Positions 39,541 to 52,865 of a stretch of 64,000 bases of DNA are shown here, piece by piece. The position numbers and the translations under genes are program-made. The notes below the pieces were generated by a model. That model worked only from the letters and a program-made list of their open reading frames with translations. It was not told the origin of the DNA and did not search any database. Numbering within the stretch: the stretch's first letter is position 1; every line of letters starts with the position of its first letter. Where the stretch lies: the NCBI GenBank assembly GCA_030770535.1, contig JASVEC010000026.1:186001-250000 (forward strand). Direction: 5' to 3'. Source of the DNA: Batkoa obscura. Lineage: Eukaryota.

Positions 39541-39638
39541 GGGGGTGTTTTTTTAGCTTCATTGTTTTTTCCATTTTTTAAGCGCTATTTGAGTGGAAAG
39601 ATTGTTAGTAAAATTATTAAGCAAAAAAATACATCCCC
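39541..39638 (-). mobile_element. ~97-bp MITE copy 6
   Basis: GGGGG...CCCC termini; ATAT flanks. Confidence 0.92.
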
Positions 39639-39783
39639 ATATATACTGTATAATTTGTATATAATAGTAATGCATTATAAAAACATATTGAATTTGAAAT
39701 GTAGAAAACATAATTTAAAATAAATTTACTAAATGATTAAAAAGTGTTTTATCATTGTTATAAGTTATAAACATTATAATTTA

Positions 39784-41094
39784 TTATATCCACATCCAAT
39801 TTATCATTAGATTACAATTAATTCATTATAAAAAGTTGTCCTCTTAAAGCTAACATGGGTAATAATTAATAACGGAGTAAAAAAGGCAAAATTAAAATTT
39901 ATATTTCCATTTAAATCATATTCATCAGTGTAATCAAGATGAAGTACTTGTAAGTTTGGAAATAAGAATAAAAGATTTGAAATCCTGTTGTATCTATTAA
40001 AAAATTACTAAATTCAATGCTTGATAAATTTACTTTGTATTGAATTATACTCTTCATTGAACTTCTTGCAACTATTTAATTCAAACTTATTAAGTACACT
40101 AGTATAAAAGCCTACATCCCCAATAAAAATAGATTGAATGTGTAACAATAAACAAATTGAATGTAATAATTGTTGGGAAAATCAAATAGCAATAAATATC
40201 TTCTTTAATGATAATAATTTTAAAAAATCATTATTGATCTGATGTTTAAATTGAAATAACCTAACATAACGACTTTGCTTTTTATTATTAAACTGGCGTT
40301 ATCCTCAGTTGTATTGCTATCAAAATATTTTCCTGAGTAATCTACCATTTATATAATCCTCAATTAATTTAAAAGATCAAAATATTTGATATTAAAATTA
40401 CGAACAAGTCTTCCTCTAATTATTAGCTGCAAATTGGAAATAAACTTTAAATTCAGGCTATTTTGGGTAGCAGTAACAATATGATTATCAGCTTCTAAAA
40501 ATAACACTTTTAAATTGTTAAACTCTGTTTTAATTAAATCTAATTTGTCGCAGTTTAAATCAGTACAAGAAAGTAATTTCAAAGACTTTAAGTTATTTGG
40601 ACTTAAATATCTAACAATGCCTCTAATAAATGTATCACTCCTTCGTATTCAAGCACTTCAAATTGATTTAAATAACCTAAAAATATATTTAATGATGATG
40701 GAAAGTTACTTAGTTGTAAAATCAATTTTTTTAACCTTGATAATTTCAACTCTAGCAACTCAAATTTCATATCAATTTCATTACCAGGCGTAGTCACATA
40801 CTCTATTGATTTTATATTTGGACAATAATTCAAATAATTAATGATTGTACTATTTATGTTAATATGTCTCATCAGTTGACCATTTTCTTTAATGAACTTC
40901 AGCTGATAGTACCAGTATTTATCAAATCCTTCTTGGTTATAGACTGAGAAAGTTAAGTTGTGCCTGATAACTCTATTGACAATCCCAAACAAATATTTAC
41001 TCAAAAAGCGGTGCTTAAAGAGCTCAACTGGATCTGATAGTTTGAAGATTCCTTCTAATAAAAGATCTGGTAACAAATCGAATTTTAGTGGCAT
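39784..41094 (-). pseudogene. Full-length but frameshifted F-box/LRR paralog
   Basis: MPLKFDLLPDLLLEGIF start; ORF breaks at 40603 and resumes in another frame (40364-40582); ends LMINWMWI*. Confidence 0.88.
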
Positions 41095-41989
41095 CTTTAG
41101 GTAAAACGAGAATGTTAAAAATTAAAAATGGCTCCTTTATATACGTTTATATACCTTTGATTTATAATATCATTTTTATAGTTTAACTTAGTATAAGAAT
41201 TTAATAAAATATCATACGCATTTGATTAAACAGCGGTAAATATCAATTATTATTAACTAAATTATGATAAATATCAATCACTACAAGATCAATCATGATT
41301 TTATCATGATAAACATCAAATATCATCGAATAAATAATAATAAGCAGGTATTATTAAGCAAGTAATTATAAAAACCTTTATTAATAATCGATCATTAAAG
41401 GTTTCGTTTATTAACTTTTAGATAAAGGAATTAGCTTCTATCACTTCTAGTTTATCAAATAATTTTGAAATAAGATGTACTTTATAATAAAATAAGCTTC
41501 AGGGTCGATCTACACTTTATTATTATTAGCATACAATTCCATAACAAATACAAGCCTATAAAAAATAAATACAACTAATGTATTATTTAAAGCTATAAAA
41601 CATATATTACAACTATAGCTTGAATTCTTTAGCTTCATTTCTCTCATAACAATAAAATTGAGTTGATGTCAAATTCAATAATAATATCCTTTTTTTCGAG
41701 GAATAATTTATTGTGATTAGTTTCATAACGAAAAGTTTAACACAGTGTTATTATTATTTATGGCACTCTTATATTAAAATACTTTTAATTTTAAATATTA
41801 GTGAGATTGTAACATAACAAATTTAAAGTTTATACTAAGGCCAATTGAATCAGAAATACAACAATTTGTTTAACTTCATATAATGATAGTATTATTAAAC
41901 AGTTTATAAAATCTTAACGCTTACTACATTGCGTTACACAATTTCTTTTATTATTAAAATTCAGCATAAGTCTAGTTATTTTGTAAAGC

Positions 41990-42750
41990 ACCTACTTTCA
42001 ACTATATGTTTAAAATATACAAATAGCAAATTACTTTTGAAATGCCATTGTTGCTTGATGTAGTTGTTATTACTATAATTATTCAATTTGATAAGTATAT
42101 AGTGTTTAGGGAAGGCTTTTAAAATGATAATCATTAGGTCACCAGTATATTAATCACTTTTTTATTATGAATAGTTTCTCCAATTTGAACTTCTAATATT
42201 CATAACTATGCCATCAATTTCCTCAAAGTTTAATTAATTCTATTTGCATTTTTAAACTAATAATAACATTACATTCAATACTACTTTATCCTTATTTTAA
42301 GCTTCTTATAAAATTTCAAACATTCTTTGAGTTGTTCAAACTTAACAATGTTTATATTAACCAATCCCTTTTTAAAACAAAAGCAAAGTTTTTTATCTTC
42401 TACTAAAAATAATAGTATTGTATACTACTTGGCTTTAGAGAAAACTGATATGGTCTAAGGGAAGTACTTGAATCTTGGGTCCAAAGCAATGGCTTTTGCT
42501 TTAACATGTCTTTTTATATCAAATATCATTTTTTTGATTCTCCTATTTTTTGCTTACCAACAGTTATATAAAATCATCTTAGTACAACCATTAAATCTAA
42601 ATGTTAAGTCAAAATACGCCCAGTTTACAATTTTACTCTCATTTTAATATCGTCTCTTTTTTTAATACTCTTAGATATTCATACTTACTCAATACTGTGT
42701 AAAAACGTTGAACATTGTTTACAGTCAACCTTAATCATTTCATTAAGTTT
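41990..42750 (-). mobile_element. Degenerate hAT transposase relic
   Basis: Minus strand at about 42461-42499 reads AKAIALDPRFKYF, the hAT A.LDPRFK motif, surrounded by stops. Extent approximate. Confidence 0.5.
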
Positions 42751-43059
42751 TATTTTAATATTAAATAAGTTAATAATGGACACATAGCTATAATTTTATT
42801 ACTATTGGTTCAATGAGAAAATATTTAATTTATTTAGAAGTAAATAATTTTTTTTACAAAGTAGTAAGTTGATTTTTAAAAAGGTTTTATCAAAGTTTAG
42901 AAAACGTTAAGTAAGGATTATAGTTAAAGTAAATTATATAATAGTACAAAAGTAAAGTTAAAGATTAGTATGCTAGTTCAGATATTTAAAAAAAAGGAAA
43001 TTAAAACGTAAAAAATGAAGACAAATGCTTTATTAAGCTAATGATAGCCCAATGCTAAC

Positions 43060-44388
43060 TTATTGTTGCCACATCCAATCTATCATTGTATTATGTCTTA
43101 AATGATGATAAAACTCTGAATCTCTGTAATAAATAGATATAACAAGTAATAGAGGAGTAGTAAGAGTAAGTCCAATTTTCGAGCCTGGGGTTGGGCCCAT
43201 TAGGTTAATGCCTTTAATTCGAAGTATCTCAAGGTTTGGGAACAGATATAAAAGGTTAGTAAATGCCTTATATTCAATACTAAAATCACTGATTTTAATT
43301 TGCTTTATAAATCTACATTGTATTGACTTATATTTTTGATTATACGCTTTGCTATTATTTAAATCGAGTTCAGTAAACATAACTTTATCAGAATTTAAAG
43401 GATTAATATGAATACTTTGGATGTGTGGTACCAAAGAAATTGAACGTAGTAATTCTTTTGATAAGCCAGCAATATGTATTTTCTTTAGCTTGGATAGTTT
43501 CAAAAAATCATAACTAATTCCGCACCTTGGATCAAAGCGACCTAGTGTATTAATATTACTACCTTCAATTAACTTTAACTTCTCTTCTTTGTAGTCATTT
43601 TCAAAATAAGCACCCATGGCGTCTACTAACTTTATGCTATTAAATTTATAAAGGTTGCCAAAATATTTAATCTCAGAATAATTACAAAAACCTTTTTCAA
43701 TTTTTAATTTTAAATTAGTAACAAAATCAATATTTGAATTAACTTGAGCAGGATCAATAAGTGAAATGCCTGACTTTAGCTGCAATACTTTTAACTTATT
43801 GAATTCTGTTTTAATAATATCCAATCCGTTATAATCCAAATGGTCATAAGAATGTATTCTCAATGATTTTAAACAATCTGGATTTAAATAGTCTATAATG
43901 TCTTTAATAACTATGTTGTTTCCTTCATATTTAAATACTTCTATTTGATTTAAATGACTTTTAAATATATTTAATAATTCTGAACGTCCTCTCAGCTCCA
44001 AAACCAACTTTTTCAATCTTGATAATTTTAACTTTATCAACTGTAATCCCATATCAGTATTAATATCAGTATCATAATAATCTCTATCTTCAAACTTAAT
44101 TGATTTTAAGTTTGGACAGTAATTTAAATAATTAATAGTTCTTTTACCTATATTAATATGCTTCATTAGTTTTCCATTTTGTTTGATAAACTTTGCTTGA
44201 TAATGTTGAAGCTTATAAAATTTCTTTTCGTTGTAAATCGAATAAGTTAAATTAGATTCAATAGTTCTATTTACAATTCCAAATAAATGTTTACTCAAAT
44301 AACGTAACTCAAACAGCTCCACTGGATCCAATAGCTCAAAAATTTCTTCTAGTAAGAGATCAGATAATAAATCGAAGCTTAATGACAT
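43060..44388 (-). CDS. F-box/LRR-like protein (intact)
   Basis: N-terminal F-box-like LLSDLLLEEIFELLDPVELFELRYLSK; LxxLxL repeats (CPNLKSI, LKKLVL, LKSLRI, FPNLEIL); intronless, 442 aa. Confidence 0.85.
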   Translation of the reverse strand: MSLSFDLLSDLLLEEIFELLDPVELFELRYLSKHLFGIVNRTIESNLTYSIYNEKKFYKLQHYQAKFIKQNGKLMKHINIGKRTINYLNYCPNLKSIKFEDRDYYDTDINTDMGLQLIKLKLSRLKKLVLELRGRSELLNIFKSHLNQIEVFKYEGNNIVIKDIIDYLNPDCLKSLRIHSYDHLDYNGLDIIKTEFNKLKVLQLKSGISLIDPAQVNSNIDFVTNLKLKIEKGFCNYSEIKYFGNLYKFNSIKLVDAMGAYFENDYKEEKLKLIEGSNINTLGRFDPRCGISYDFLKLSKLKKIHIAGLSKELLRSISLVPHIQSIHINPLNSDKVMFTELDLNNSKAYNQKYKSIQCRFIKQIKISDFSIEYKAFTNLLYLFPNLEILRIKGINLMGPTPGSKIGLTLTTPLLLVISIYYRDSEFYHHLRHNTMIDWMWQQ

Positions 44389-45185
44389 TTGGTAGGAAAC
44401 TAAAATAAAAATAAAAGGTAAAAAAGATTTACTTGTTTATAAAGCACAACACGATCTTCAAAATAGCATTGGCATGATATCAAGAAAGCACAAAGCCCAA
44501 GTGTCACACTAATCAAAAGTATAAGGTTATTTCTAAAGAAGTCCTGCTTTTGGGCAAATCCACTTGGGTAAGGGTGTAGAATTGCTACAGTCGATTTTTT
44601 TACATGAAAAGGATTTTGTTTTTAAACAAAAGATATTTCTATTGAAACTAGTAACCTTTTTGTTATTTTTGCCCGGGAGAGGGATACTACTTTGGACACG
44701 ACCTTATAAGTCGAAATACAGAATTTTTTTTATAGAAATAGTTGCAGTCAGATTTATAAGGATTTATTTTAAAAGCGTTTTATACAGTTTAATTGGGATT
44801 TCCAGATTAAGAAAAGTAAATTTTATCATTAAATTTATGATTTATAAAGAATTAAAAAAAAGATGTGATGGTTTTAATAAATAAAAAGCAATTTATAAAG
44901 CTTAATTTGCAATCCTCCTGCATTTGATAACTGTTTGGATACTTTAAATTATGATTTTTGTAATTTGTTTTAGTATTTTTATCAAAAAGGTCTCAATAGT
45001 CATTAAAATTTTTAACTAAATTTAACTACAGGGCAAAATTAAAAATGATGATAAATGTATAGTATAATAATACAAAATATTTAAAAAAATCTTTTAAACA
45101 TCTATTTTAATATTAAAATTTATTAAAAATGTTTTTAAATAAATTAAATAGCATTGATTTATTTGATAAAGATACAAATACTAAC

Positions 45186-45644
45186 TGTGAAAGTTGGTAC
45201 TCAGTGGTAGGAGTTAAAAGCAGTTCTTGCTTGATTAACTTGTCTTGAGTTGAACGGTCTTAGTTTATGTGACTAAGATAGACTTAAATTAATAAGAATA
45301 GTGCGCAATAGGCTATGAACTATGTAAAACAAATAGAATAGATAATACTACTGTAAAATCTATGTAAGATATTGTCAGAAAGACTTAGTGGCTTTATTAA
45401 TGGTACGATATCAGGGAGTAATTCAGTTAAAAAGCCTCGAGTTATCATGTTGAAGAATCTCTTTTGTACTCCAACAAGTATGGATATCAAAACGAGATAA
45501 TATTCTTTGCAATATGAAGTTATAAATTCTCGCAGTAAATCAAAATAAGGGACTAACTTGATTGTGTTTGAACTTGAGAACACAGCAACTTAAGTGATTG
45601 TTGTGTTATAATCAATTCGAGAGCTAATAAACCAATATATCACA
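45186..45644 (+). mobile_element. Solo LTR (459 bp)
   Basis: TGTGA...TCACA termini, TAAC duplicated on both flanks; second, inverted copy at 52866-53327. Strand is arbitrary. Confidence 0.85.
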
Positions 45645-45836
45645 TAACTAGATTTACAAGAATTAAAATTAAAAATAAGCATATATTTCAAAATATTTTA
45701 AATAAAAAAGTTAATATTAAAATATCTGCAGTTATGCTAAGTATAAACTACTTTATTTTAATTTTAAAAACATAATAAAAAAATTTTATATTAATAAATA
45801 TAAAAATCAAAAAATTATAAATTTATTTATCTAAAT

Positions 45837-45936
45837 GGGGATATATTTTTGTGTTTAAGAATCTTCTTACTAACAATTCTTCCACTCAAACAGTGCTAAA
45901 AGATGGAAAAAGTGATGAAGCCAAAAAAACACCCCT
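45837..45936 (+). mobile_element. ~97-bp MITE copy 7
   Basis: Consensus match; AAAT flanks. Confidence 0.9.
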
Positions 45937-45973
45937 AAATAAAACTTATACTAGTTATTACAAAAATTAATAT

Positions 45974-46070
45974 GAGATATATCTTTTTGTTTAAGAATTT
46001 TACTAACAATCTTTCCACTCAAATAGCACTTAAAAAATACAAAAAATAATGAAACCAAAAAAAATACCCC
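45974..46070 (+). mobile_element. ~97-bp MITE copy 8
   Basis: Consensus match; left flank ATAT, right flank imperfect. Confidence 0.88.
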
Positions 46071-46297
46071 TAATATTTAATAATTAAAGTTAAAAGCAGT
46101 TTTTATTTGATTAACTGGTTATAGGTTAAAAAAACTAGCTTATATAACTAAAGTAAACTTAAATTAGTAAAAATAATATATAATAAGCTATGGATTATAT
46201 AAAACAAATAAAATAAAAAATATTATAAAACTTGATAGTTTTATTAAAAAGTATAATATCAAAAAATAATTTAATAAAAAGCTTTAAATTGTTATAT

Positions 46298-46395
46298 GAG
46301 GATGTTTTTTTTGGTTTCATTATTTTTTCCATTTTTTAAGTGCTATTTGAGTGGAAAGATTGTTAGTAAAATTCTTAAACAAAAAATACATCCTC
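46298..46395 (-). mobile_element. ~97-bp MITE copy 9
   Basis: Consensus match; ATAT/ATGT flanks. Confidence 0.9.
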
Positions 46396-46590
46396 ATGTT
46401 AAGAAATATTTTAATATTTTAATTAAATAGATATATATACAAAATATAACAATAGTTATTTTTTCTAATTAAATGACAAAAATTTTTACAACAAATTCAA
46501 ATAAAAAACTTTGAATTAATTATATCTGAATTTAAAAACTTAATAGCTTTTAATAGTAAAATTACCTGAAGTTAATTAAATTTATTATAT

Positions 46591-46688
46591 AGAGATGTAT
46601 TTTATTGTTTAAGAATTTTACTAATAATTTTTCCGCTCGAATGGTGCTTAAAAAATAAAAAAATAACGAAACCAAAAAAAATATCACC
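46591..46688 (+). mobile_element. ~97-bp MITE copy 10
   Basis: Diverged consensus match; left flank ATAT. Confidence 0.85.
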
Positions 46689-46876
46689 ACGTAAATCATA
46701 ATTAATTTAATTATGAAACTGTAATTAATTTTATAATCAATTCAAACAATTATTATATCATAGTTAATTATAAAGCTGGTAAAACAATATTTTACATTAT
46801 TATATCGTTAAAGAAAGAGTTATATAATAATCAGTTAAAAAATTGTTTTAATATTAAAACTAATTTTTAAAAATAT

Positions 46877-46975
46877 GAGGGCGTTTTTTTTGGCTTCATT
46901 ATTTTTTGTATTTTTTAAGCGCTATTTCAGCGGAAAGATTATTAGTAAAATTCTTAAACAATAAAATACATCCCC
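46877..46975 (-). mobile_element. ~97-bp MITE copy 11
   Basis: Consensus match; ATAT flanks. Confidence 0.9.
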
Positions 46976-48224
46976 ATATAAATTATATTAATATAGTTTT
47001 TAAATCTAGAATTAAAAAATATAATTATTAATAACTAAATTTAATGTAAATAAAAATTTAAAAATTTTACAACAAATTTAAATTTAGAAATAAAATGAAG
47101 AAAATAAAAAAAGTTAATATTATTAATAATATAAATATTCATCTAATTTAAAAAACTTTAATTTCTTATTAAAGCTGCTAATTTAATTATATTAATTTTA
47201 TTTTGGTATAGCTTTTTTAAAAAAATTTAAAATATAGAATTAAAATTTTAACTTATTATTTAAATAATAATATAATTAAAAATATTAAGCAAGTATAAGC
47301 TGAAACTAAAACTTTTTAGTATTATTATACTTATTTTATATATATATATAAGATTTTTTAACTATTTATAAAGCTGATTATATATTTAAAAGCAAAATTA
47401 ATAATTTTAAAATTTCACACTTAAGTAAAATTTTTTAATAGCTTATTGAAAATTACAAAAAAATTATTAAAAAAGTCAAAAAAAGTCAAAAAAATATAAA
47501 AACAAAAAAAACCAAACTAATTTTAAAAACTAATCTTGTTACTATTTATGTAATATTTTATGTATTTTATATTATTTTATAATTTACTTGATTATTTTCA
47601 ATCTTTTTTTCTTAAACTTGAGATTTACTCAAAAAAATACAGTAGTGTATTTTTTAAATTCATTTTATATAATAAAACATTTGATGTAAAAAATAGAAAT
47701 ATGTTTAAGTTGAATAAAATGCATTTTACATCAAAATTGATGATTTCATAAAAGTTGTAAAATAAATCGTAATTTGAATAAGAAATATATAAATCCAAGC
47801 ATAGTAGTTCGCATCTAAACGATTTAAAATACTTTTAAAATAAATCCCTGTAAATCTAATTACAACTAGTTCTATTATGGTCATAGCAAAAAAAAAATTT
47901 AAACAAACCCAAATAAAAAAATTAACAAAAAAAGTTCAAGAATAGTTTTCAACAAAATTGAACAAAATTTGAAAATATCGTTATAGAATTCTCAATTTTG
48001 TTAACTTTTATGATAATTGTTGAGTTTTTTATTTCATCTTGTTTATTTTTTTTTACGTGTAACAGTGATGTAATAAAAAGACTAAAGTTTGCTATTTGAT
48101 GTTACTAAGGTGCTTACTGATTAGTGTAGTACTATTGGGATCTTAGCTTTAAATTATAAACGAAAATAGATAATGCAAAGGGCACTTTATTTCTAATAAA
48201 TACAATACATTCACGCTCAACCTA

Positions 48225-49559
48225 CTATATACATATCCAGTTTATATTTGGATTATTTTCTAATTCATTATAATAGATTGACTTCTTTACTTCTGTTGAA
48301 GTAATAAGTAATAAGGGATAAGTAAGGTTAAAATTAATGTTTTCATTTTTAACCGTCAATTTAAAATCTTTAATTTTAACTTTTTCAAGGTTGGGAAATA
48401 ATAAAGATAAACAATATAGCTCATTAAAATAACTATAAAATTTATTAATTTCAATTTGCTTTATTGATTTACATTGGGTTGCTTTATATCCTTGATCACA
48501 CTCTTCATTGTTTATTAAATCAGGCCGGTTGAATTCCTTGATAAAACAAAAGCTTACGACATCAACATAAATAGTTTGTATATTTGGTGATAAAGAAATT
48601 GAGTGTAACAATTCTTTTGAGAAATAATCAATCTTAATTTCTTTTAAAGTGGATAACTTTATAAAATCATGATTAGCTCTACCACATTTGCTAAAAAAGC
48701 CTAAGGAAATGACATTACTATTCTTTATTACTTCTATATCGTTATTTTTATTATTGATATCAAAATATGATTTATTAACGTCTATTAATTTAACGCTTTT
48801 GAATTTACGTAAGTCTCCAAAGCATCTAATATTAAAAGCATTACTAAAATCACTATGTAATTCCCCTTCTATTTCTAACTCTAAATTGGAAGCAAAATTT
48901 ATATTAGGGACGATATTACCAACAGTAATGATTGCTTTCTTTGATTTCAAACATAGAACTTTCAGATTATTGAATTTCTCTTTAATAACATCTAATCCAT
49001 TAAGATGTAAATTACAGTTATAATTTATTTTAAGTGACTTTAAGATGTTTGGATTTAAATAATTGGTAATGCTGTCAAAACTTAAAACATTCCCTAGGAA
49101 CTCAACTGCTTCAGATTGATATAAATGTTTTTTCAAGATATCTAAAGGCTGTAAAGTAGCACCTAGCTTTATTGTAAACTTTTTCAACTTTGGAAAAATC
49201 ATGTGTATTTTATTATTATTGTTAAGTGAATAATAAAAAAGTCTGCCTTCAAAATATACTGAAATCAGATTTGGGCAATAATTTAATAATTTAAGGTCAT
49301 CGTATTTCACGTTTTCATTTATATTTATATGTCTCATTAATATGCCATTCTCTTTAATAAACTTTTCTTGATAATATCGATATTGCTGAAATTCTTCTTG
49401 ATTATAGATTGAATAACTTAAGTTATATTCAACAGCTCTACTTGCAATTACATACAAATATTTACTCAAGAAGCGTAACTCAAGCAACTCAACTGGATCT
49501 AATGACTTGAAAATTTCTTCTAATAAAAGATCTGGTAGTAAATCGAGTTTCAATGGCAT
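48225..49559 (-). CDS. F-box/LRR-like protein (intact)
   Basis: MPLKLDLLPDLLLEEIFKSLDPVELLELRFLSK F-box plus LRR-like repeats; 444 aa, intronless. Confidence 0.87.
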   Translation of the reverse strand: MPLKLDLLPDLLLEEIFKSLDPVELLELRFLSKYLYVIASRAVEYNLSYSIYNQEEFQQYRYYQEKFIKENGILMRHININENVKYDDLKLLNYCPNLISVYFEGRLFYYSLNNNNKIHMIFPKLKKFTIKLGATLQPLDILKKHLYQSEAVEFLGNVLSFDSITNYLNPNILKSLKINYNCNLHLNGLDVIKEKFNNLKVLCLKSKKAIITVGNIVPNINFASNLELEIEGELHSDFSNAFNIRCFGDLRKFKSVKLIDVNKSYFDINNKNNDIEVIKNSNVISLGFFSKCGRANHDFIKLSTLKEIKIDYFSKELLHSISLSPNIQTIYVDVVSFCFIKEFNRPDLINNEECDQGYKATQCKSIKQIEINKFYSYFNELYCLSLLFPNLEKVKIKDFKLTVKNENINFNLTYPLLLITSTEVKKSIYYNELENNPNINWICI

Positions 49560-50783
49560 TTAAAGATAAAATAAGTTAAAAAATAAGAATGTAAGTTTAT
49601 TTTTGTCTGTAGCAATTTCTTAAAATTTAGGCTTACGAAAGAACAAGCAAGAAAAACAAGCCATTATTGGCTAAATCAAATAGCTGATTTTGTGACTTTT
49701 TTTTCAACTAATCAGCTTCTGATATGGAAAGGAGACAAGCTAAAAGGAATCAGAAGGACTTTAAAGCAAACTTTTTTAAGTTGAATTTAAGGCAAGGGAA
49801 CCAATTTTTATACATCAGCTATAGATAAGCATAGGGCCAAATTACATTTAATAACTTTAAATTTTAGCCTACATAATTTCGGCAGTACAAAAAATGGATA
49901 AAAAGGCAAATGGAGGTGCAATCCCATACTTATCAGAGAGCTCTATGTACAAGAAATATATTTTCCGCTGGATAATCAATAAAACTAAACCACGAGGAAA
50001 GGGAGGAAAAGAACAGAGTGGAACGTCAAGTAGTTGAGTAAGAGGGTAGTAATTTCAAAAAGATTACAAGAGGAAATCCATAATTTATAAGTGAATAATA
50101 AATACAAAGGTAAGTAATCATTTCATTATTATTGAGAAACTTTAATTATAGGTGTTTAATTGTGACTATAATATTTTAACGTATACACTGTCATCAAGTT
50201 AATAAAGGCATCAATAATAGAGTAAGATAATATGTTGTGTTTTTAAACTAAGGAATAATGTAATAAATAACCAAAAGAGAGTAACAACTATTTTTCATAT
50301 CAATATCAATAACAGATCTCAACTTATGGTAAATAAGCTTGGGCTTATCATTTGTAAACATTTTAATAATTGCGTTTTTTTTGGCATTTTGTTATAATAA
50401 ATTTGCTAACTGTGTTTAATATATATTACTAACATACCTAACAAAGTAAATTTAAATGAAACAAAAATGCAATTTAACATAGACTTTCTATTATATCTAT
50501 GATCATTATAAATAAAAGTAATACTTACTTGAAACTTATTTCAGTATATATTCTAATATTTATAATTAAAGGATTGAAGTTTATAAGTCATTATTTCGAA
50601 AAGGCTATTTTACGTCAAAATGCATATAGTTCTACTAAATAATAGTATCAAAATTAGATAATAATATGTTATTCAAACATGAATTAAAGTATAAAAAAGT
50701 ATTGTTTAAAGAAAACTTTAAAAATAAGTCTAATAAATGGTTTACTTCTACAACAATAATACAATGAATTTGACTTTGATTTA

Positions 50784-52115
50784 TTATAGCCATACCCAAT
50801 CTATCATTGGATTTTTATTTAGTTGATTGTGAAACTTTGTATTTTTATAAAGAAATGGTATAATAATTAATAGATGAGTTGTAATATTAAAATCCAAATT
50901 AATATTGATATCAACACTATTATCTTCAATGTATTCAATCTTGAGTACTGCAAGACTTGGGAATAGGAATAAAAGATTAGTAATTACATTATATCCATTA
51001 ACGAAATATCCAATTTTAGTTTGTTTAACAAATTTACATCGCAATGAATAATGTTTTTCATCAAACTTTTCATCCTCATCCAATTTGAACTTATCATGTA
51101 TGTCTGTATAGCTATCAACTTGGCCAATATGAATAACCCTAATGTGTTGCAATAAAGAAATTGAGCTTAATAATTCTTCAAATAAGCGAGTAACACATAC
51201 ATCTGTTAAAGTGGATAATTTTAAAAAATCCTTATTAACCTGATGCTTGGGATCAAAATTGCCTAAAGTAATAATATTGCTATCTTTTGCTGATTCTATA
51301 ATTTTCTCTCTATTATTAATATCAAAGTAAACCCCTGGCCCATTTATCAATTTTATGCTCTTTATTTGTTTTAGGATACCAAAATATCCAATGTTAAAAT
51401 TACAGTTAGCTCTTTCTTTAATGACCAGATGTAAGTTAGAACTAAAGTTCAGATTAGGGTTAATTTGAGTGGAAGTAAGAATCGAGCAATGAGATCTTAA
51501 ATGTAACACTTTCAAGTTATTAAATTTTGATTTAATTACATCTAATCCGTCACAGTCCAAATTATAAAGAGAAAATAATTTGAATGACTTTAAATTATTT
51601 GGATTAAAATAGCTAATAATGTCCTTGATAACTAAATTACATCCCTCGTATTCAAAATCTTCAACTTGATTTAGATAATCTGCAAACGTATCTAATGTTG
51701 GTGAATATTCGAATAAGCTTAAAAAGAGCTTTTTTAATCCTGGTAATTTTATTTTTGGCAATTTAAAGTCCACAGTAGCCTCTTGCTGATCGAAATCATC
51801 ATTAAGATCAGGCTCAAACTTCAATGATGTTAAATTAGGACAATAAGTTATATGGTCAACGATATTTTCATTTATAATAATATGCTTCATTAGCGGTCCA
51901 TTTTGTTTAATAAAGACTTCTTGAATGTGTCGATATTCTTCGAAGCTATAATGATGGTTGTAAACTGAATAGGTTAAGTTACCTTTGATAGCTCTACTTG
52001 CAATTCCAAATAAATACTTACTTAAAAAGCGTAACTCAAATAATTCACCTGGGTCCAATAACTTGAAGATTTCCTCTAGTAAAAGATCCGGTAATAAATC
52101 AAGTTTTAGTGGCAT
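50784..52115 (-). CDS. F-box/LRR-like protein (intact)
   Basis: MPLKLDLLPDLLLEEIFKLLDPGELFELRFLSK F-box plus LRR-like repeats; 443 aa, intronless. Confidence 0.87.
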   Translation of the reverse strand: MPLKLDLLPDLLLEEIFKLLDPGELFELRFLSKYLFGIASRAIKGNLTYSVYNHHYSFEEYRHIQEVFIKQNGPLMKHIIINENIVDHITYCPNLTSLKFEPDLNDDFDQQEATVDFKLPKIKLPGLKKLFLSLFEYSPTLDTFADYLNQVEDFEYEGCNLVIKDIISYFNPNNLKSFKLFSLYNLDCDGLDVIKSKFNNLKVLHLRSHCSILTSTQINPNLNFSSNLHLVIKERANCNFNIGYFGILKQIKSIKLINGPGVYFDINNREKIIESAKDSNIITLGNFDPKHQVNKDFLKLSTLTDVCVTRLFEELLSSISLLQHIRVIHIGQVDSYTDIHDKFKLDEDEKFDEKHYSLRCKFVKQTKIGYFVNGYNVITNLLFLFPSLAVLKIEYIEDNSVDININLDFNITTHLLIIIPFLYKNTKFHNQLNKNPMIDWVWL

Positions 52116-52468
52116 TAGGTGTCTAATAATGTAAAATATATTTTAAAAAATGGATTGTTGATTTAAGTTCGTGATTGTAATTTAAAAAGACAAAGTTGAA
52201 CATAAGGACACAGCTACCAAAAAATGAAAAAAGATGCTTAGGAGTGCTTTCAGCAAAAAAGTTTATAAAAAACTCCATTTTACTTATAAAGCTTAATGCA
52301 AATTCAACTAAATTTGGTAGCTTTTAAATTTTTTTGCATTTTTTTAAACTTTTTTGCTTAAAGCATGTATTTTAAAAATAAATTAAACCAAACATAAAAC
52401 CAAAAATTTATAATTAACCAAATGATAAATTGTTTAAATTAGAATTAAAAAAACAGCAATTAATAAAT

Positions 52469-52567
52469 GGGAATGTTCTTTTTGGTTTTATCACTTTTTC
52501 CATTTTTTAAGCACTATTTGAATGGAAAGGTTGTTAGTAAAACTATTAAACAGAAAAATACATCCTC
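52469..52567 (-). mobile_element. ~97-bp MITE copy 12
   Basis: Consensus match; AAAT flanks. Confidence 0.88.
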
Positions 52568-52865
52568 AAATATGATTTATAAATATAATAATGCTTAAAA
52601 TGATCATAAATTATAATCATTATATAAAAACTGTAATTATAATAACATACAAGTTATAAATAAATAAAATTTTATAGCTGTAATAAGAATAAAATAAAAA
52701 ATTATTATTTATACTAATAAAATTTAATAAAATTTAAAATTAAAAAAATAAATTATAAAAGCATATAGAGATGTCCGAATTAGTTTCATTTTTTTATCCA
52801 ATTTACAAATATTTAAATTTTAAAAACTTTGCTTTTAAGTTCTATAAAAATAAATTCTTTATTAA

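Noticed and set aside
45320..45583. 87-aa ORF, and the 60-aa ORF at 52962-53144
   Set aside because: Both lie inside the solo LTRs and are not conserved as ORFs between the two copies.
45837..46975. Clustered repeats resembling a CRISPR array
   Set aside because: Units are about 97 bp, in mixed orientation, irregularly spaced, with TSDs, in a eukaryotic context: these are MITEs.
49700..50100. Purine-rich, higher-GC patch between F-box genes
   Set aside because: No ORF, termini or second copy recognised; cannot be assigned.
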